From Escherichia coli (GTDB lineage: Bacteria; Pseudomonadota; Gammaproteobacteria; Enterobacterales; Enterobacteriaceae): a DNA stretch of 32,000 nt. A program made the translations under genes and the position numbers. The stretch is from NCBI RefSeq assembly GCF_041262755.1, contig NZ_CP158446.1; one strand, 5' to 3'. Of the stretch, positions 1-11,891 are shown piece by piece; position 1 is the first letter of the stretch, and the number at the start of each line of letters is the position of its first letter. Below the pieces are notes generated by a model. The model was not told the DNA's origin, searched no databases, and worked only from the letters and a program-made list of their open reading frames with translations.

Positions 1-307
1 CGAACTCCGCCTTCGCAAAATAAGCGGAAGCCTGGCGAAGGATATCGTTACTGCGGCGCAGTTCACGATTTTCACGTTCCAGCTCTTTCAGACGCTGACG
101 TTCAGCGGTGGTGAGCCCTCCATCACCGCCCCCGGTATCCCGCTCATGCTGGCGAACCCAGACACGCAGAGTCTCCGGCGTACAGCCAATCTTTGGAGCA
201 ATGGAACAAATTGTCGCCCATTGTGAGTCATATTCGCTCTGACTTTCCAGAACCATACGGACTGCCCGTTGACGGACTTCGGGGGAAAAACGAGTATTTT
301 TAGTCAT
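1..307 (-). CDS. IS3-family transposase OrfA (partial, runs off window)
   Basis: - strand reads [61 protein letters not shown]...; classic IS629 OrfA. Start codon at 307. Confidence 0.88.
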   Translation of the reverse strand, partial: MTKNTRFSPEVRQRAVRMVLESQSEYDSQWATICSIAPKIGCTPETLRVWVRQHERDTGGGDGGLTTAERQRLKELERENRELRRSNDILRQASAYFAKAEF

Positions 308-361
308 CCTGTTTACCTCTTTCTCAGGAAGTTTAGTCTCCAGGATTCCCGGGGCGGTTCA
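1..361 (-). mobile_element. IS629/IS1203-type (IS3 family) insertion sequence, one end only; terminal repeat ends at about 361 (TGAACCGCCCCGGGAATCCTGG... on - strand)
   Basis: Terminal sequence read on the - strand matches the remembered IS629 end, and orfA lies directly inside it; the element continues off the window start. Confidence 0.88.
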
Positions 362-450
362 GATTGACCGAAATTCCCGTTTTGTAGGAACGCTTGCAGA
401 ACCGCAACTCCCAATAAACGCAAACCCAAAACTCCAACGGATAATCGCTG

Positions 451-1593
451 ATGGCTGCTAGACCCCGATCTCACAAAATCTCTATACCCAATTTATATTG
501 CAAATTAGATAAGCGAACCGGAAAGGTATATTGGCAATACAAACATCCACTATCCGGTCGTTTTCATAGCTTAGGAACTGATGAGAATGAAGCAAAACAA
601 GTTGCTACTGAAGCAAATACCATTATTGCTGAACAACGTACCCGACAAATATTAAGCGTCAATGAGCGTCTAGAAAGAATGAAAGGCAGGCGCTCAGACA
701 TTACGGTGACAGAATGGCTTGATAAATATATTTCTATCCAGGAGGACAGGCTGCAACATAATGAACTAAGACCCAACTCCTATCGGCAAAAAGGCAAACC
801 CATTCGTCTTTTCCGTGAGCATTGTGGAATGCAACACCTCAAGGATATTACCGCACTTGATATTGCCGAAATAATTGATGCTGTAAAGGCTGAAGGTCAT
901 AACAGGATGGCGCAAGTCGTGAGAATGGTGTTGATCGACGTCTTCAAAGAAGCACAACACGCAGGACATGTTCCGCCAGGATTTAACCCAGCGCAGGCAA
1001 CAAAACAACCGCGAAATCGAGTAAACCGCCAAAGATTATCACTGCCCGAATGGCAGGCAATATTTGACAGCGTAAGCAGACGGCAGCCCTATTTAAAATG
1101 CGGGATGCTACTTGCTCTTGTCACTGGACAACGTTTAGGCGATATCTGCAATTTGAAATTCTCTGATATCTGGGACGACATGTTGCACATTACTCAGGAA
1201 AAAACCGGTTCAAAACTTGCTATTCCGCTTAACCTGAAATGCGATGCTCTGAATATTACCCTTCGTGAAGTTATATCTCAGTGCAGGGATGCTGTTGTTA
1301 GTAAATATCTGGTCCATTACCGTCACACTACCTCTCAAGCAAACAGAGGAGACCAGGTGTCTGCAAATACTCTTACAACGGCTTTTAAAAAGGCCAGGGA
1401 AAAATGTGGCATAAAATGGGAGCCAGGAACTGCGCCCACATTTCATGAGCAGCGATCTCTGTCAGAACGGTTATATCGGGAACAGGGTCTGGATACGCAA
1501 AAGTTGTTAGGTCATAAATCCAGAAAAATGACCGACCGATACAATGATGATCGTGGTAAAGACTGGATTATCGTAGATATCAAAACAGCATAG
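451..1593 (+). CDS. int: Tyrosine recombinase / prophage integrase, phage 21/e14-like (icd-targeting)
   Basis: 380 aa; C-terminal motifs TGQRLGDICNLKFSD, HEQRSLSERLYREQG, LLGHKSRKMTDRYND; lies directly beside the icd 3' end. Confidence 0.88.
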   Translation: MAARPRSHKISIPNLYCKLDKRTGKVYWQYKHPLSGRFHSLGTDENEAKQVATEANTIIAEQRTRQILSVNERLERMKGRRSDITVTEWLDKYISIQEDRLQHNELRPNSYRQKGKPIRLFREHCGMQHLKDITALDIAEIIDAVKAEGHNRMAQVVRMVLIDVFKEAQHAGHVPPGFNPAQATKQPRNRVNRQRLSLPEWQAIFDSVSRRQPYLKCGMLLALVTGQRLGDICNLKFSDIWDDMLHITQEKTGSKLAIPLNLKCDALNITLREVISQCRDAVVSKYLVHYRHTTSQANRGDQVSANTLTTAFKKAREKCGIKWEPGTAPTFHEQRSLSERLYREQGLDTQKLLGHKSRKMTDRYNDDRGKDWIIVDIKTA

Positions 1594-1648
1594 AAAATAG
1601 CCAGTTTTGGGGAAGGGTTTTGGGGAAGATTTTACATCATCATAAAAC

Positions 1649-1671
1649 AACGGGCGTGTTATACGCCCGTT
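1649..1671. terminator. Bidirectional hairpin between convergent int and icd
   Basis: AACGGGCGT-gttat-ACGCCCGTT perfect 9-bp stem. Confidence 0.65.
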
Positions 1672-1694
1672 ACAATATTTAACACATGTAGTGA

Positions 1695-2945
1695 TTACAT
1701 ATTCTTGATGATCGCATCACCAAACTCTGAACATTTCAGCAGCTTAGCGCCTTCCATCAGACGTTCGAAGTCATAGGTTACGGTCTTCGCATTGATTGCG
1801 CCTTCCATACCTTTAACAATCAGGTCTGCGGCTTCAGTCCAGCCCATATGGCGCAGCATCATCTCAGCGGAGAGAATAATAGAGCCTGGGTTTACTTTGT
1901 CCTGTCCGGCATATTTCGGCGCAGTACCGTGGGTGGCTTCAAACAGGGCGCATTCGTCACCGATGTTTGCGCCAGGGGCGATACCGATACCACCAACCTG
2001 CGCTGCCAGGGCGTCAGAAATGTAGTCACCGTTCAGGTTCATACAGGCGATAACATCATATTCAGCCGGACGCAGCAGGATCTGTTGCAGGAATGCATCA
2101 GCAATCACGTCTTTAATGACGATCTCTTTGCCGGTATTCGGGTTTTTAACTTTCAGCCACGGGCCGCCGTCGATCAGTTCACCGCCAAATTCTTCACGCG
2201 CCAGTTGGTAGCCCCAGTCTTTAAACGCGCCTTCGGTGAACTTCATGATGTTGCCTTTGTGCACCAGGGTCACAGAGTCACGATCGTTAGCAATTGCGTA
2301 TTCGATCGCTGCACGAACCAGACGTTTGGTGCCTTCTTCCGAACACGGCTTAATACCGATACCGCAATGTTCCGGGAAGCGAATTTTCTTCACGCCCATC
2401 TCTTCACGCAGGAATTTAATCACTTTCTCAGCGTCGGCAGAGTCTGCTTTCCATTCGATACCCGCATAAATGTCTTCCGAGTTTTCACGGAAGATAACCA
2501 TATCGGTCAGTTCAGGGTGTTTAACCGGGCTTGGAGTGCCCTGATAGTAACGTACCGGACGCAGGCAGATGTAGAGATCCAGTTCCTGGCGCAGGGCAAC
2601 GTTCAGAGAGCGAATACCGCCACCAACCGGAGTGGTCAGCGGGCCTTTAATGGCAACGCGATATTCACGAATCAGATCAAGGGTTTCAGCAGGCAACCAG
2701 ACGTCCTGACCATAAACCTGTGTGGATTTTTCACCGGTGTAAATTTCCATCCAGGAGATTTTACGCTCGCCTTTATAGGCTTTCTCGACTGCAGCGTCGA
2801 CCACTTTCAGCATGGCTGGGGTTACATCTACACCGATTCCATCACCTTCAATGTAAGGGATAATCGGATTTTCAGGAACGTTGAGTTTGCCGTTTTGCAG
2901 GGTGATCTTCTTGCCTTGTGCCGGAACAACTACTTTACTTTCCAT
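1695..2945 (-). CDS. icd: Isocitrate dehydrogenase (NADP+)
   Basis: 416 aa full-length match to remembered E. coli Icd ([20 protein letters not shown]...[11 protein letters not shown]). Confidence 0.98.
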   Translation of the reverse strand: MESKVVVPAQGKKITLQNGKLNVPENPIIPYIEGDGIGVDVTPAMLKVVDAAVEKAYKGERKISWMEIYTGEKSTQVYGQDVWLPAETLDLIREYRVAIKGPLTTPVGGGIRSLNVALRQELDLYICLRPVRYYQGTPSPVKHPELTDMVIFRENSEDIYAGIEWKADSADAEKVIKFLREEMGVKKIRFPEHCGIGIKPCSEEGTKRLVRAAIEYAIANDRDSVTLVHKGNIMKFTEGAFKDWGYQLAREEFGGELIDGGPWLKVKNPNTGKEIVIKDVIADAFLQQILLRPAEYDVIACMNLNGDYISDALAAQVGGIGIAPGANIGDECALFEATHGTAPKYAGQDKVNPGSIILSAEMMLRHMGWTEAADLIVKGMEGAINAKTVTYDFERLMEGAKLLKCSEFGDAIIKNM

Positions 2946-3116
2946 TCACCTCTCCTTCGAGCGCTACTGGTTTGCTCGTCTACCACCACGTTGCATATGC
3001 GTTTGCGTCCTGCGATACGGATGCTTTAGAGCAATTTTTTGTTAATGATTTGTAATTGGCTTGTCAATACTACCCTATTGTTTGCCGTCATGAAAGATGC
3101 GCGTTATTAGGCTATA

Positions 3117-3770
3117 ATGCGGCAATTCATAATCTCTGAAAATACCATGCAAAAAACTTCTTTTAGAAATCACCAGGTTAAGCGATTCAGCTCGCAACGT
3201 TCTACCAGGCGTAAACCTGAAAACCAGCCCACGCGTGTGATCCTGTTCAATAAACCCTACGATGTTCTTCCGCAGTTCACCGATGAAGCCGGACGCAAAA
3301 CATTAAAAGAATTCATCCCGGTTCAGGGGGTGTATGCGGCAGGTCGTCTCGACCGCGACAGCGAAGGGTTACTGGTGCTGACCAATAACGGCGCGTTGCA
3401 GGCGCGTTTAACCCAGCCGGGTAAACGCACCGGAAAAATCTATTATGTGCAGGTGGAAGGTATTCCCACACAAGACGCACTTGAAGCCTTGCGCAATGGC
3501 GTAACCTTAAATGATGGCCCTACCCTGCCCGCAGGCGCGGAGCTGGTTGAAGAACCCGCGTGGTTATGGCCGCGGAATCCACCAATTCGTGAGCGCAAAA
3601 GTATTCCCACCAGCTGGCTGAAGATCACCTTATATGAAGGACGTAATCGCCAGGTGCGCCGCATGACCGCCCATGTTGGTTTCCCCACGCTGCGACTGAT
3701 TCGCTATGCGATGGGGGATTACTCTTTGGATAATCTTGCCAATGGCGAATGGCGAGACGCGACAGATTAA
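3117..3770 (+). CDS. rluE: 23S rRNA pseudouridine(2457) synthase
   Basis: 217 aa; [30 protein letters not shown] motifs. Confidence 0.96.
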   Translation: MRQFIISENTMQKTSFRNHQVKRFSSQRSTRRKPENQPTRVILFNKPYDVLPQFTDEAGRKTLKEFIPVQGVYAAGRLDRDSEGLLVLTNNGALQARLTQPGKRTGKIYYVQVEGIPTQDALEALRNGVTLNDGPTLPAGAELVEEPAWLWPRNPPIRERKSIPTSWLKITLYEGRNRQVRRMTAHVGFPTLRLIRYAMGDYSLDNLANGEWRDATD

Positions 3771-3779
3771 GGATGCAAA

Positions 3780-5401
<1,622 letters not shown>

Positions 5402-5436
5402 TTATTATCTTTACTTAAAACAAGGAAGCAGTGAAC

Positions 5437-6078
5437 GTGGCAAAGAATTACTATGACATCACCCTCGCCCTTGCCGGTATTTGTCAGTCGGCACGCCTGG
5501 TGCAACAACTCGCTCACCAGGGGCATTGTGATGGCGATGCGCTACACGTCTCACTCAACAGTATTATCGATATGAACCCCAGCTCAACGCTGGCGGTTTT
5601 TGGCGGTAGCGAAGCCAACCTGCGCGTCGGGCTGGAAACCTTGCTCGGCGTACTCAATGCCAGCAGTCGCCAGGGCTTAAACGCCGAATTAACCCGCTAC
5701 ACACTCAGTCTGATGGTGCTTGAGCGCAAACTCTCCTCAGCGAAAGGTGCGCTCGACACTCTGGGCAACCGGATCAACGGCCTGCAACGCCAGCTCGAAC
5801 ACTTCGATTTACAGTCCGAAACGCTGATGAGCGCGATGGCTGCTATCTATGTTGATGTGATTAGCCCGCTTGGCCCGCGCATTCAGGTCACCGGTTCCCC
5901 TGCTGTACTGCAAAGCCCACAAGTGCAGGCGAAAGTTCGCGCTACCCTGCTGGCAGGCATTCGCGCCGCCGTGCTCTGGCACCAGGTCGGCGGCGGACGT
6001 CTGCAACTGATGTTTTCTCGTAATCGCCTGACCACTCAGGCAAAACAAATTCTTGCTCATTTAACCCCGGAGTTGTGA
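5437..6078 (+). CDS. hflD: High-frequency lysogenization protein HflD
   Basis: [29 protein letters not shown]...; sits between mnmA and purB. Confidence 0.95.
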   Translation: MAKNYYDITLALAGICQSARLVQQLAHQGHCDGDALHVSLNSIIDMNPSSTLAVFGGSEANLRVGLETLLGVLNASSRQGLNAELTRYTLSLMVLERKLSSAKGALDTLGNRINGLQRQLEHFDLQSETLMSAMAAIYVDVISPLGPRIQVTGSPAVLQSPQVQAKVRATLLAGIRAAVLWHQVGGGRLQLMFSRNRLTTQAKQILAHLTPEL

Positions 6079-7452
<1,374 letters not shown>

Positions 7453-7544
7453 GCCTCAAAACAGTGCCGGATGGCGATGCTGTCCGGCCTGCTTATTAAG
7501 ATTATCCGCTTTTTATTTTTTCACTTTACCTCCCCTCCCCCGCT

Positions 7545-7561
7545 GGTTTATTTAATGTTTA
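7545..7561 (+). promoter_or_regulatory. PhoP box upstream of phoP
   Basis: GGTTTA-TTTAA-TGTTTA direct hexamer repeat upstream of phoP, as expected for PhoP autoregulation. Confidence 0.8.
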
Positions 7562-7621
7562 CCCCCATAACCACATAATCGCGTTACACTATTTTAATAA
7601 TTAAGACAGGGAGAAATAAAA

Positions 7622-8293
7622 ATGCGCGTACTGGTTGTTGAAGACAATGCGTTGTTACGTCACCACCTTAAAGTTCAGATTCAGGATGCTGGTCATCAGG
7701 TCGATGATGCAGAAGATGCCAAAGAAGCCGATTATTATCTCAATGAACATTTACCGGATATTGCGATTGTCGATCTCGGTTTGCCTGACGAGGACGGTCT
7801 GTCACTGATTCGCCGCTGGCGTAGCAATGATGTTTCACTGCCGATTCTGGTATTAACCGCCCGTGAAAGCTGGCAGGACAAAGTCGAAGTATTAAGTGCC
7901 GGTGCTGATGATTACGTGACTAAACCGTTTCATATTGAAGAGGTGATGGCGCGAATGCAGGCATTAATGCGGCGTAATAGCGGTCTGGCTTCACAGGTCA
8001 TTTCGCTACCCCCGTTTCAGGTTGATCTCTCCCGCCGTGAATTATCTATTAATGACGAAGTGATCAAACTGACCGCGTTCGAATACACCATTATGGAAAC
8101 GTTGATACGCAATAATGGCAAAGTGGTGAGCAAAGATTCGTTAATGCTCCAACTCTATCCGGATGCGGAGCTGCGGGAAAGTCATACCATAGATGTACTG
8201 ATGGGACGTCTGCGCAAAAAAATACAGGCACAATATCCGCAAGAAGTGATTACCACCGTTCGCGGCCAGGGCTATCTGTTCGAATTGCGCTGA
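7622..8293 (+). CDS. phoP: Response regulator PhoP
   Basis: 223 aa OmpR-family regulator [29 protein letters not shown].... Confidence 0.98.
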   Translation: MRVLVVEDNALLRHHLKVQIQDAGHQVDDAEDAKEADYYLNEHLPDIAIVDLGLPDEDGLSLIRRWRSNDVSLPILVLTARESWQDKVEVLSAGADDYVTKPFHIEEVMARMQALMRRNSGLASQVISLPPFQVDLSRRELSINDEVIKLTAFEYTIMETLIRNNGKVVSKDSLMLQLYPDAELRESHTIDVLMGRLRKKIQAQYPQEVITTVRGQGYLFELR

Positions 8294-9753
8294 TGAAAAA
8301 ATTACTGCATCTTTTTTTCCCGCTCTCGCTGCGGGTACGTTTTCTGTTAGCAACGGCAGCAGTAGTATTGGTGCTTTCGCTTGCCTACGGAATGGTTGCG
8401 CTGATCGGTTATAGCGTCAGTTTCGATAAAACCACGTTTCGGCTGTTACGTGGCGAGAGCAATCTGTTCTATACCCTTGCGAAGTGGGAAAACAATAAGT
8501 TGCATGTCGAGTTACCCGAAAATATCGACAAGCAAAGCCCCACGATGACACTAATTTATGATGAGAACGGGCAGCTTTTATGGGCGCAACGTGACGTGCC
8601 CTGGCTGATGAAGATGATCCAGCCTGACTGGCTGAAATCGAATGGTTTTCATGAAATTGAAGCGGATGTTAACGATACCAGCCTCTTGCTGAGTGGAGAT
8701 CATTCGATACAGCAACAGTTGCAGGAAGTGCGGGAAGATGATGACGACGCGGAGATGACCCACTCGGTGGCGGTAAACGTCTACCCGGCAACATCGCGGA
8801 TGCCAAAGTTAACCATTGTGGTGGTGGATACCATTCCGGTGGAGCTAAAAAGTTCCTATATGGTCTGGAGCTGGTTTATCTATGTGCTCTCAGCCAATCT
8901 GCTGTTAGTGATCCCGCTGCTGTGGGTCGCCGCCTGGTGGAGTTTACGCCCCATCGAAGCCCTGGCAAAAGAAGTCCGCGAACTGGAAGAACATAACCGT
9001 GAATTGCTCAATCCAGCCACAACGCGAGAACTGACCAGTCTGGTACGAAACCTGAACCGACTGTTAAAAAGTGAACGCGAACGTTACGACAAATATCGTA
9101 CGACGCTCACCGACCTGACCCATAGTCTGAAAACGCCACTGGCGGTGCTGCAAAGTACGCTGCGTTCTCTGCGTAGTGAGAAGATGAGCGTCAGTGATGC
9201 TGAGCCGGTAATGCTGGAGCAAATCAGCCGCATTTCACAGCAAATTGGCTACTACCTGCATCGTGCCAGTATGCGCGGCGGGACATTGCTTAGCCGCGAG
9301 CTGCATCCGGTCGCCCCACTGTTGGACAATCTCACCTCGGCGCTGAACAAAGTGTATCAACGCAAAGGGGTCAATATCTCTCTCGATATTTCGCCAGAGA
9401 TCAGCTTTGTTGGTGAGCAGAACGATTTTGTCGAGGTGATGGGTAATGTGCTGGATAATGCCTGTAAATATTGCCTCGAATTTGTCGAAATTTCTGCAAG
9501 GCAAACCGACGAGCATCTCTATATTGTGGTCGAGGATGATGGCCCCGGTATTCCATTAAGCAAGCGAGAGGTCATTTTCGACCGTGGTCAACGGGTTGAT
9601 ACTTTACGCCCTGGGCAAGGTGTGGGGCTGGCGGTAGCCCGCGAAATCACCGAGCAATATGAGGGTAAAATCGTCGCCGGAGAGAGCATGCTGGGCGGTG
9701 CGCGGATGGAAGTGATTTTTGGTCGCCAGCATTCTGCACCGAAAGATGAATAA
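8293..9753 (+). CDS. phoQ: Sensor histidine kinase PhoQ
   Basis: 486 aa; [15 protein letters not shown]-box, [10 protein letters not shown]-box. Confidence 0.98.
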   Translation: MKKLLHLFFPLSLRVRFLLATAAVVLVLSLAYGMVALIGYSVSFDKTTFRLLRGESNLFYTLAKWENNKLHVELPENIDKQSPTMTLIYDENGQLLWAQRDVPWLMKMIQPDWLKSNGFHEIEADVNDTSLLLSGDHSIQQQLQEVREDDDDAEMTHSVAVNVYPATSRMPKLTIVVVDTIPVELKSSYMVWSWFIYVLSANLLLVIPLLWVAAWWSLRPIEALAKEVRELEEHNRELLNPATTRELTSLVRNLNRLLKSERERYDKYRTTLTDLTHSLKTPLAVLQSTLRSLRSEKMSVSDAEPVMLEQISRISQQIGYYLHRASMRGGTLLSRELHPVAPLLDNLTSALNKVYQRKGVNISLDISPEISFVGEQNDFVEVMGNVLDNACKYCLEFVEISARQTDEHLYIVVEDDGPGIPLSKREVIFDRGQRVDTLRPGQGVGLAVAREITEQYEGKIVAGESMLGGARMEVIFGRQHSAPKDE

Positions 9754-9839
9754 ATATGTCCTTTTATCACTACATCAAGGCAAGCCATTGATTTAATTAA
9801 ATGATTTGCACTGCAAAAAGTGCTAAAAATCGCAAATTG

Positions 9840-9870
9840 ACTACACCATTAACTACACCGATCGTTGCAC
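9840..9870 (+). repeat. Element-end direct repeat, left copy (ACTACACCATTAACTACACCGATCGTTGCAC)
   Basis: Exact 31-bp match to 21059-21089. Confidence 0.93.
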
Positions 9871-10307
9871 TGTATGAAACAACGTGGAACAAATAGACAC
9901 AAGAAATATACAGGCGGGTCATCTTTCCAGGGGGAAGCGCGCCAATTCATGAGGGGCGTTAATGTCGATATGGGGATCCCCATAACGGGGCTACCTGGCT
10001 TTTTTCCGGTTAAATGTCAATCAGGCTGGTGGGTTTTACATACCCTTGATCACCGTAATGATGATCCAGATGTGCGCCTTTCCACCAATGGTGGAAAAGC
10101 CCACAGCAGGCCGCCCAGCCTCCCCCAATGGGGGATTGTGGAAGAATCAACGGGTTAGGCCTTAATGGGCTGCGTGGTAATTATCAGCATCCAGAATATG
10201 ACGGGTTATGTTTCCGACCTCTTCAATTTGAGGTTCCCGAAAATATCAACGGGTTAGGCTGGTTTCCCCGATGTTCGCCGCTGGCGAATTTCGAAAATAT
10301 CAACCAG

Positions 10308-10589
10308 TTACCGCCGCAACCGCTCCGGCTTCTTCCAGTGGTACGTAATTTTCTCCGTTTCCCGATACAGTGCCACGCGGCGATTGTAGGCCAGCATTTC
10401 AAGAACGCGGATCCGTATGTTGCGCATATCCACATCATTAAGCTGGATACCATTACGGCGAATCACCTCAGCAACCACACGAACATAATTTTCGGCGGTC
10501 ACGCTGTCCGGCTGCGTGGTCTGTTCGTCGGCCTGCTGGCTGATTCCGGCAACGCGGCGGATTAATCGCAGTATTTCGGCTTCTGTCAT
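10308..10589 (-). CDS. Small hypothetical protein (MTEAEILRLIRRVAGISQQ...KKPERLRR)
   Basis: Start at 10589 preceded by a GGGGG-type RBS; coding-like composition. The longer ORF call to 10787 runs through a cos site and is not credible. Confidence 0.6.
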   Translation of the reverse strand: MTEAEILRLIRRVAGISQQADEQTTQPDSVTAENYVRVVAEVIRRNGIQLNDVDMRNIRIRVLEMLAYNRRVALYRETEKITYHWKKPERLRR

Positions 10590-10623
10590 TGTGCCCCCAT
10601 CGTTCTGATAGTCTGGTGTCGTC

Positions 10624-10700
10624 GGGTCCTTCCTGGAATTATGGCCCGTTACGGGGCGGCGACCTCGCGCGTTTTCACTATTTATGAAAATTTTTCGGGA
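10624..10700 (+). other. Lambda-type cos site, + orientation (cosQ GGGTCC at 10624; cosN overhang GGGCGGCGACCT at 10654-10665)
   Basis: Reads GGGTCCTTCCTGGAATTATGGCCCGTTACG|GGGCGGCGACCTCGCGCGTTTTCACTATTTATGAAAATTTTTCGG; near-identical to lambda cosQ-cosN with the same 30-bp spacing. Confidence 0.92.
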
Positions 10701-10703
10701 TCC

Positions 10704-10800
10704 ATGTCCGGTTTCTCTGCAAGTTAACCATATGAAAAATATAAAAACATGCTTTCCATGAACCGGACATGCGCAAAAAACAGACACTAAAACCGGACAT
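10704..10800 (+). promoter_or_regulatory. Putative cosB with three R-like repeats ATGTCCGGTT (10704-10713 +, 10761-10770 -, 10791-10800 -)
   Basis: Exact 10-mer three times, starting 51 bp from the cosN nick, similar to the position of lambda R3. Confidence 0.7.
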
Positions 10801-10868
10801 CGAACCAGTTAACCGAAAGTGTGCACAAATCACATGCATTGCTGCGAGTGATTAACAAGTTATCGGCT

Positions 10869-11303
10869 TTACTGTTCTGTATCGGCTGATTGCTCCATGC
10901 TGGCACGGCGAACGCTTACGGCATGACGCCACCCAGCCAGAAAGCCAGCCATTTTATTTCGTGCCTTGCTCACATCTTCCGGTGAATAGCCGTAAATCTG
11001 CAAACCTTCATCAAATCGATGTTCTGTTTCTTCACTGGAGTACTCGTCACGCTCAGATGAAAGCAGCCTGGCAAACATAATTTTTTCCAGCGCACTGGTT
11101 TCTACGTGATATCTGATGGCCTCAAGACGGCTTTTACCTGAAGACCAAAGCAATGTATGCCCGATGTGATAACCGCCAGACTTTCCGCGATCCGCATTAA
11201 GATACGGCATCCCCTGTTTGGTCCATGCGCGAATAGTGGTTCTGTTAACCTTGAAATGTTCAGCTATTTCCTGCTGACTTACAAAACAAGCTTTATCAAT
11301 CAT
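10869..11303 (-). CDS. Small terminase (gpNu1)-like DNA-binding protein
   Basis: N-terminal winged-helix signature VSQQEIAEHFKVNRTTIRAWTKQGMP resembles Nu1; immediately downstream of the - strand cos site, as nu1 is in lambda. The C-terminal part does not look like Nu1. Confidence 0.7.
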   Translation of the reverse strand: MIDKACFVSQQEIAEHFKVNRTTIRAWTKQGMPYLNADRGKSGGYHIGHTLLWSSGKSRLEAIRYHVETSALEKIMFARLLSSERDEYSSEETEHRFDEGLQIYGYSPEDVSKARNKMAGFLAGWRHAVSVRRASMEQSADTEQ

Positions 11304-11349
11304 AATGTTACCTTAACTGCATGGTTAAATATTAATCAAGTGGTGGTGG

Positions 11350-11434
11350 TGTCACCTTCACGGAAAAACGTCATAAATAGCGAAAACCCGCGAGGTCGCC
11401 GCCCCGTAACGGGTCCATATGCCGGAAAGGACCC
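11350..11434 (-). other. Lambda-type cos site, - orientation (cosQ at about 11434; cosN overhang at 11404-11393)
   Basis: - strand reads GGGTCCTTTCCGGCATATGGACCCGTTACG|GGGCGGCGACCTCGCGGGTTTTCGCTATTTATGACG. Confidence 0.93.
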
Positions 11435-11437
11435 ATA

Positions 11438-11461
11438 AAAAAAGCCGGATTTCTCCGGCCT
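11438..11461 (-). terminator. Rho-independent terminator downstream of the 11466-11879 gene
   Basis: - strand GGCCGGAGAAATCCGGCTTTTTTT hairpin plus T tract. Confidence 0.75.
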
Positions 11462-11465
11462 TGTC

Positions 11466-11879
11466 TCAGATGGTTTTCAGTATGCGATCGATGTCGCCGT
11501 CATCGCCCTGGTTTCTGCCATCGTATGCCATGCCAGCTGATACGGCTTGCGGGCTGTGCATGTCCATAAAGTTTTCAAAGGCTGCAGTAAGTTCCGGCGC
11601 AACCTTCGGACGTTCCTGCTCTATGGTCATGCTAAGGATGCTTTTAGCCGTACCAACATCGATACAAGGCACGTTTGCCATTGCACGTAACAGCGGCTGA
11701 TAGTCGCCAGATTCATCAAGCGCCATAATCGCATCAGCGCGCGGCTTGTCCTGCTCTTCCAGTTTGTTTAGTTGATATACGGCCTCATAGGTTGATAAAC
11801 CTCTGTCAGCCATTGCCCGCGCTTCGGCTTTAAATTTACTCGCCAGCGGTAGCGTCATGATGCTTTCATTCGTTGCCAT
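11466..11879 (-). CDS. Uncharacterised protein in head-gene cluster
   Basis: 137 aa ORF directly downstream of the D-like and E-like genes on the same strand; no family recognised. Confidence 0.7.
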   Translation of the reverse strand: MATNESIMTLPLASKFKAEARAMADRGLSTYEAVYQLNKLEEQDKPRADAIMALDESGDYQPLLRAMANVPCIDVGTAKSILSMTIEQERPKVAPELTAAFENFMDMHSPQAVSAGMAYDGRNQGDDGDIDRILKTI

Positions 11880-11891
11880 CGTTCCCCCTGC

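Noticed and set aside
1848-3029. 393 aa + strand ORF
   Set aside because: Entirely antisense to the highly conserved icd gene; low-credibility composition, an artefact of codon bias.
9865-10565. Two + strand ORFs (97 and 145 aa) at the left end of the element
   Set aside because: No recognisable domains, low-complexity translations over palindromic noncoding DNA, and the second is antisense to the 10308-10589 gene.
10590-10787. N-terminal extension of the 10308 ORF (MSVFCACPVHGKHVFIFF...NSENARGRRPVTGHN)
   Set aside because: It translates the cos site region; the credible start is at 10589 with an RBS.
11157-11438. + strand 93 aa ORF ending NVINSENPRGRRPVTGPYAGKDP
   Set aside because: Antisense to the Nu1-like gene and across the - strand cos site; its resemblance to the 10590-10787 translation only reflects the inverted cos copies.
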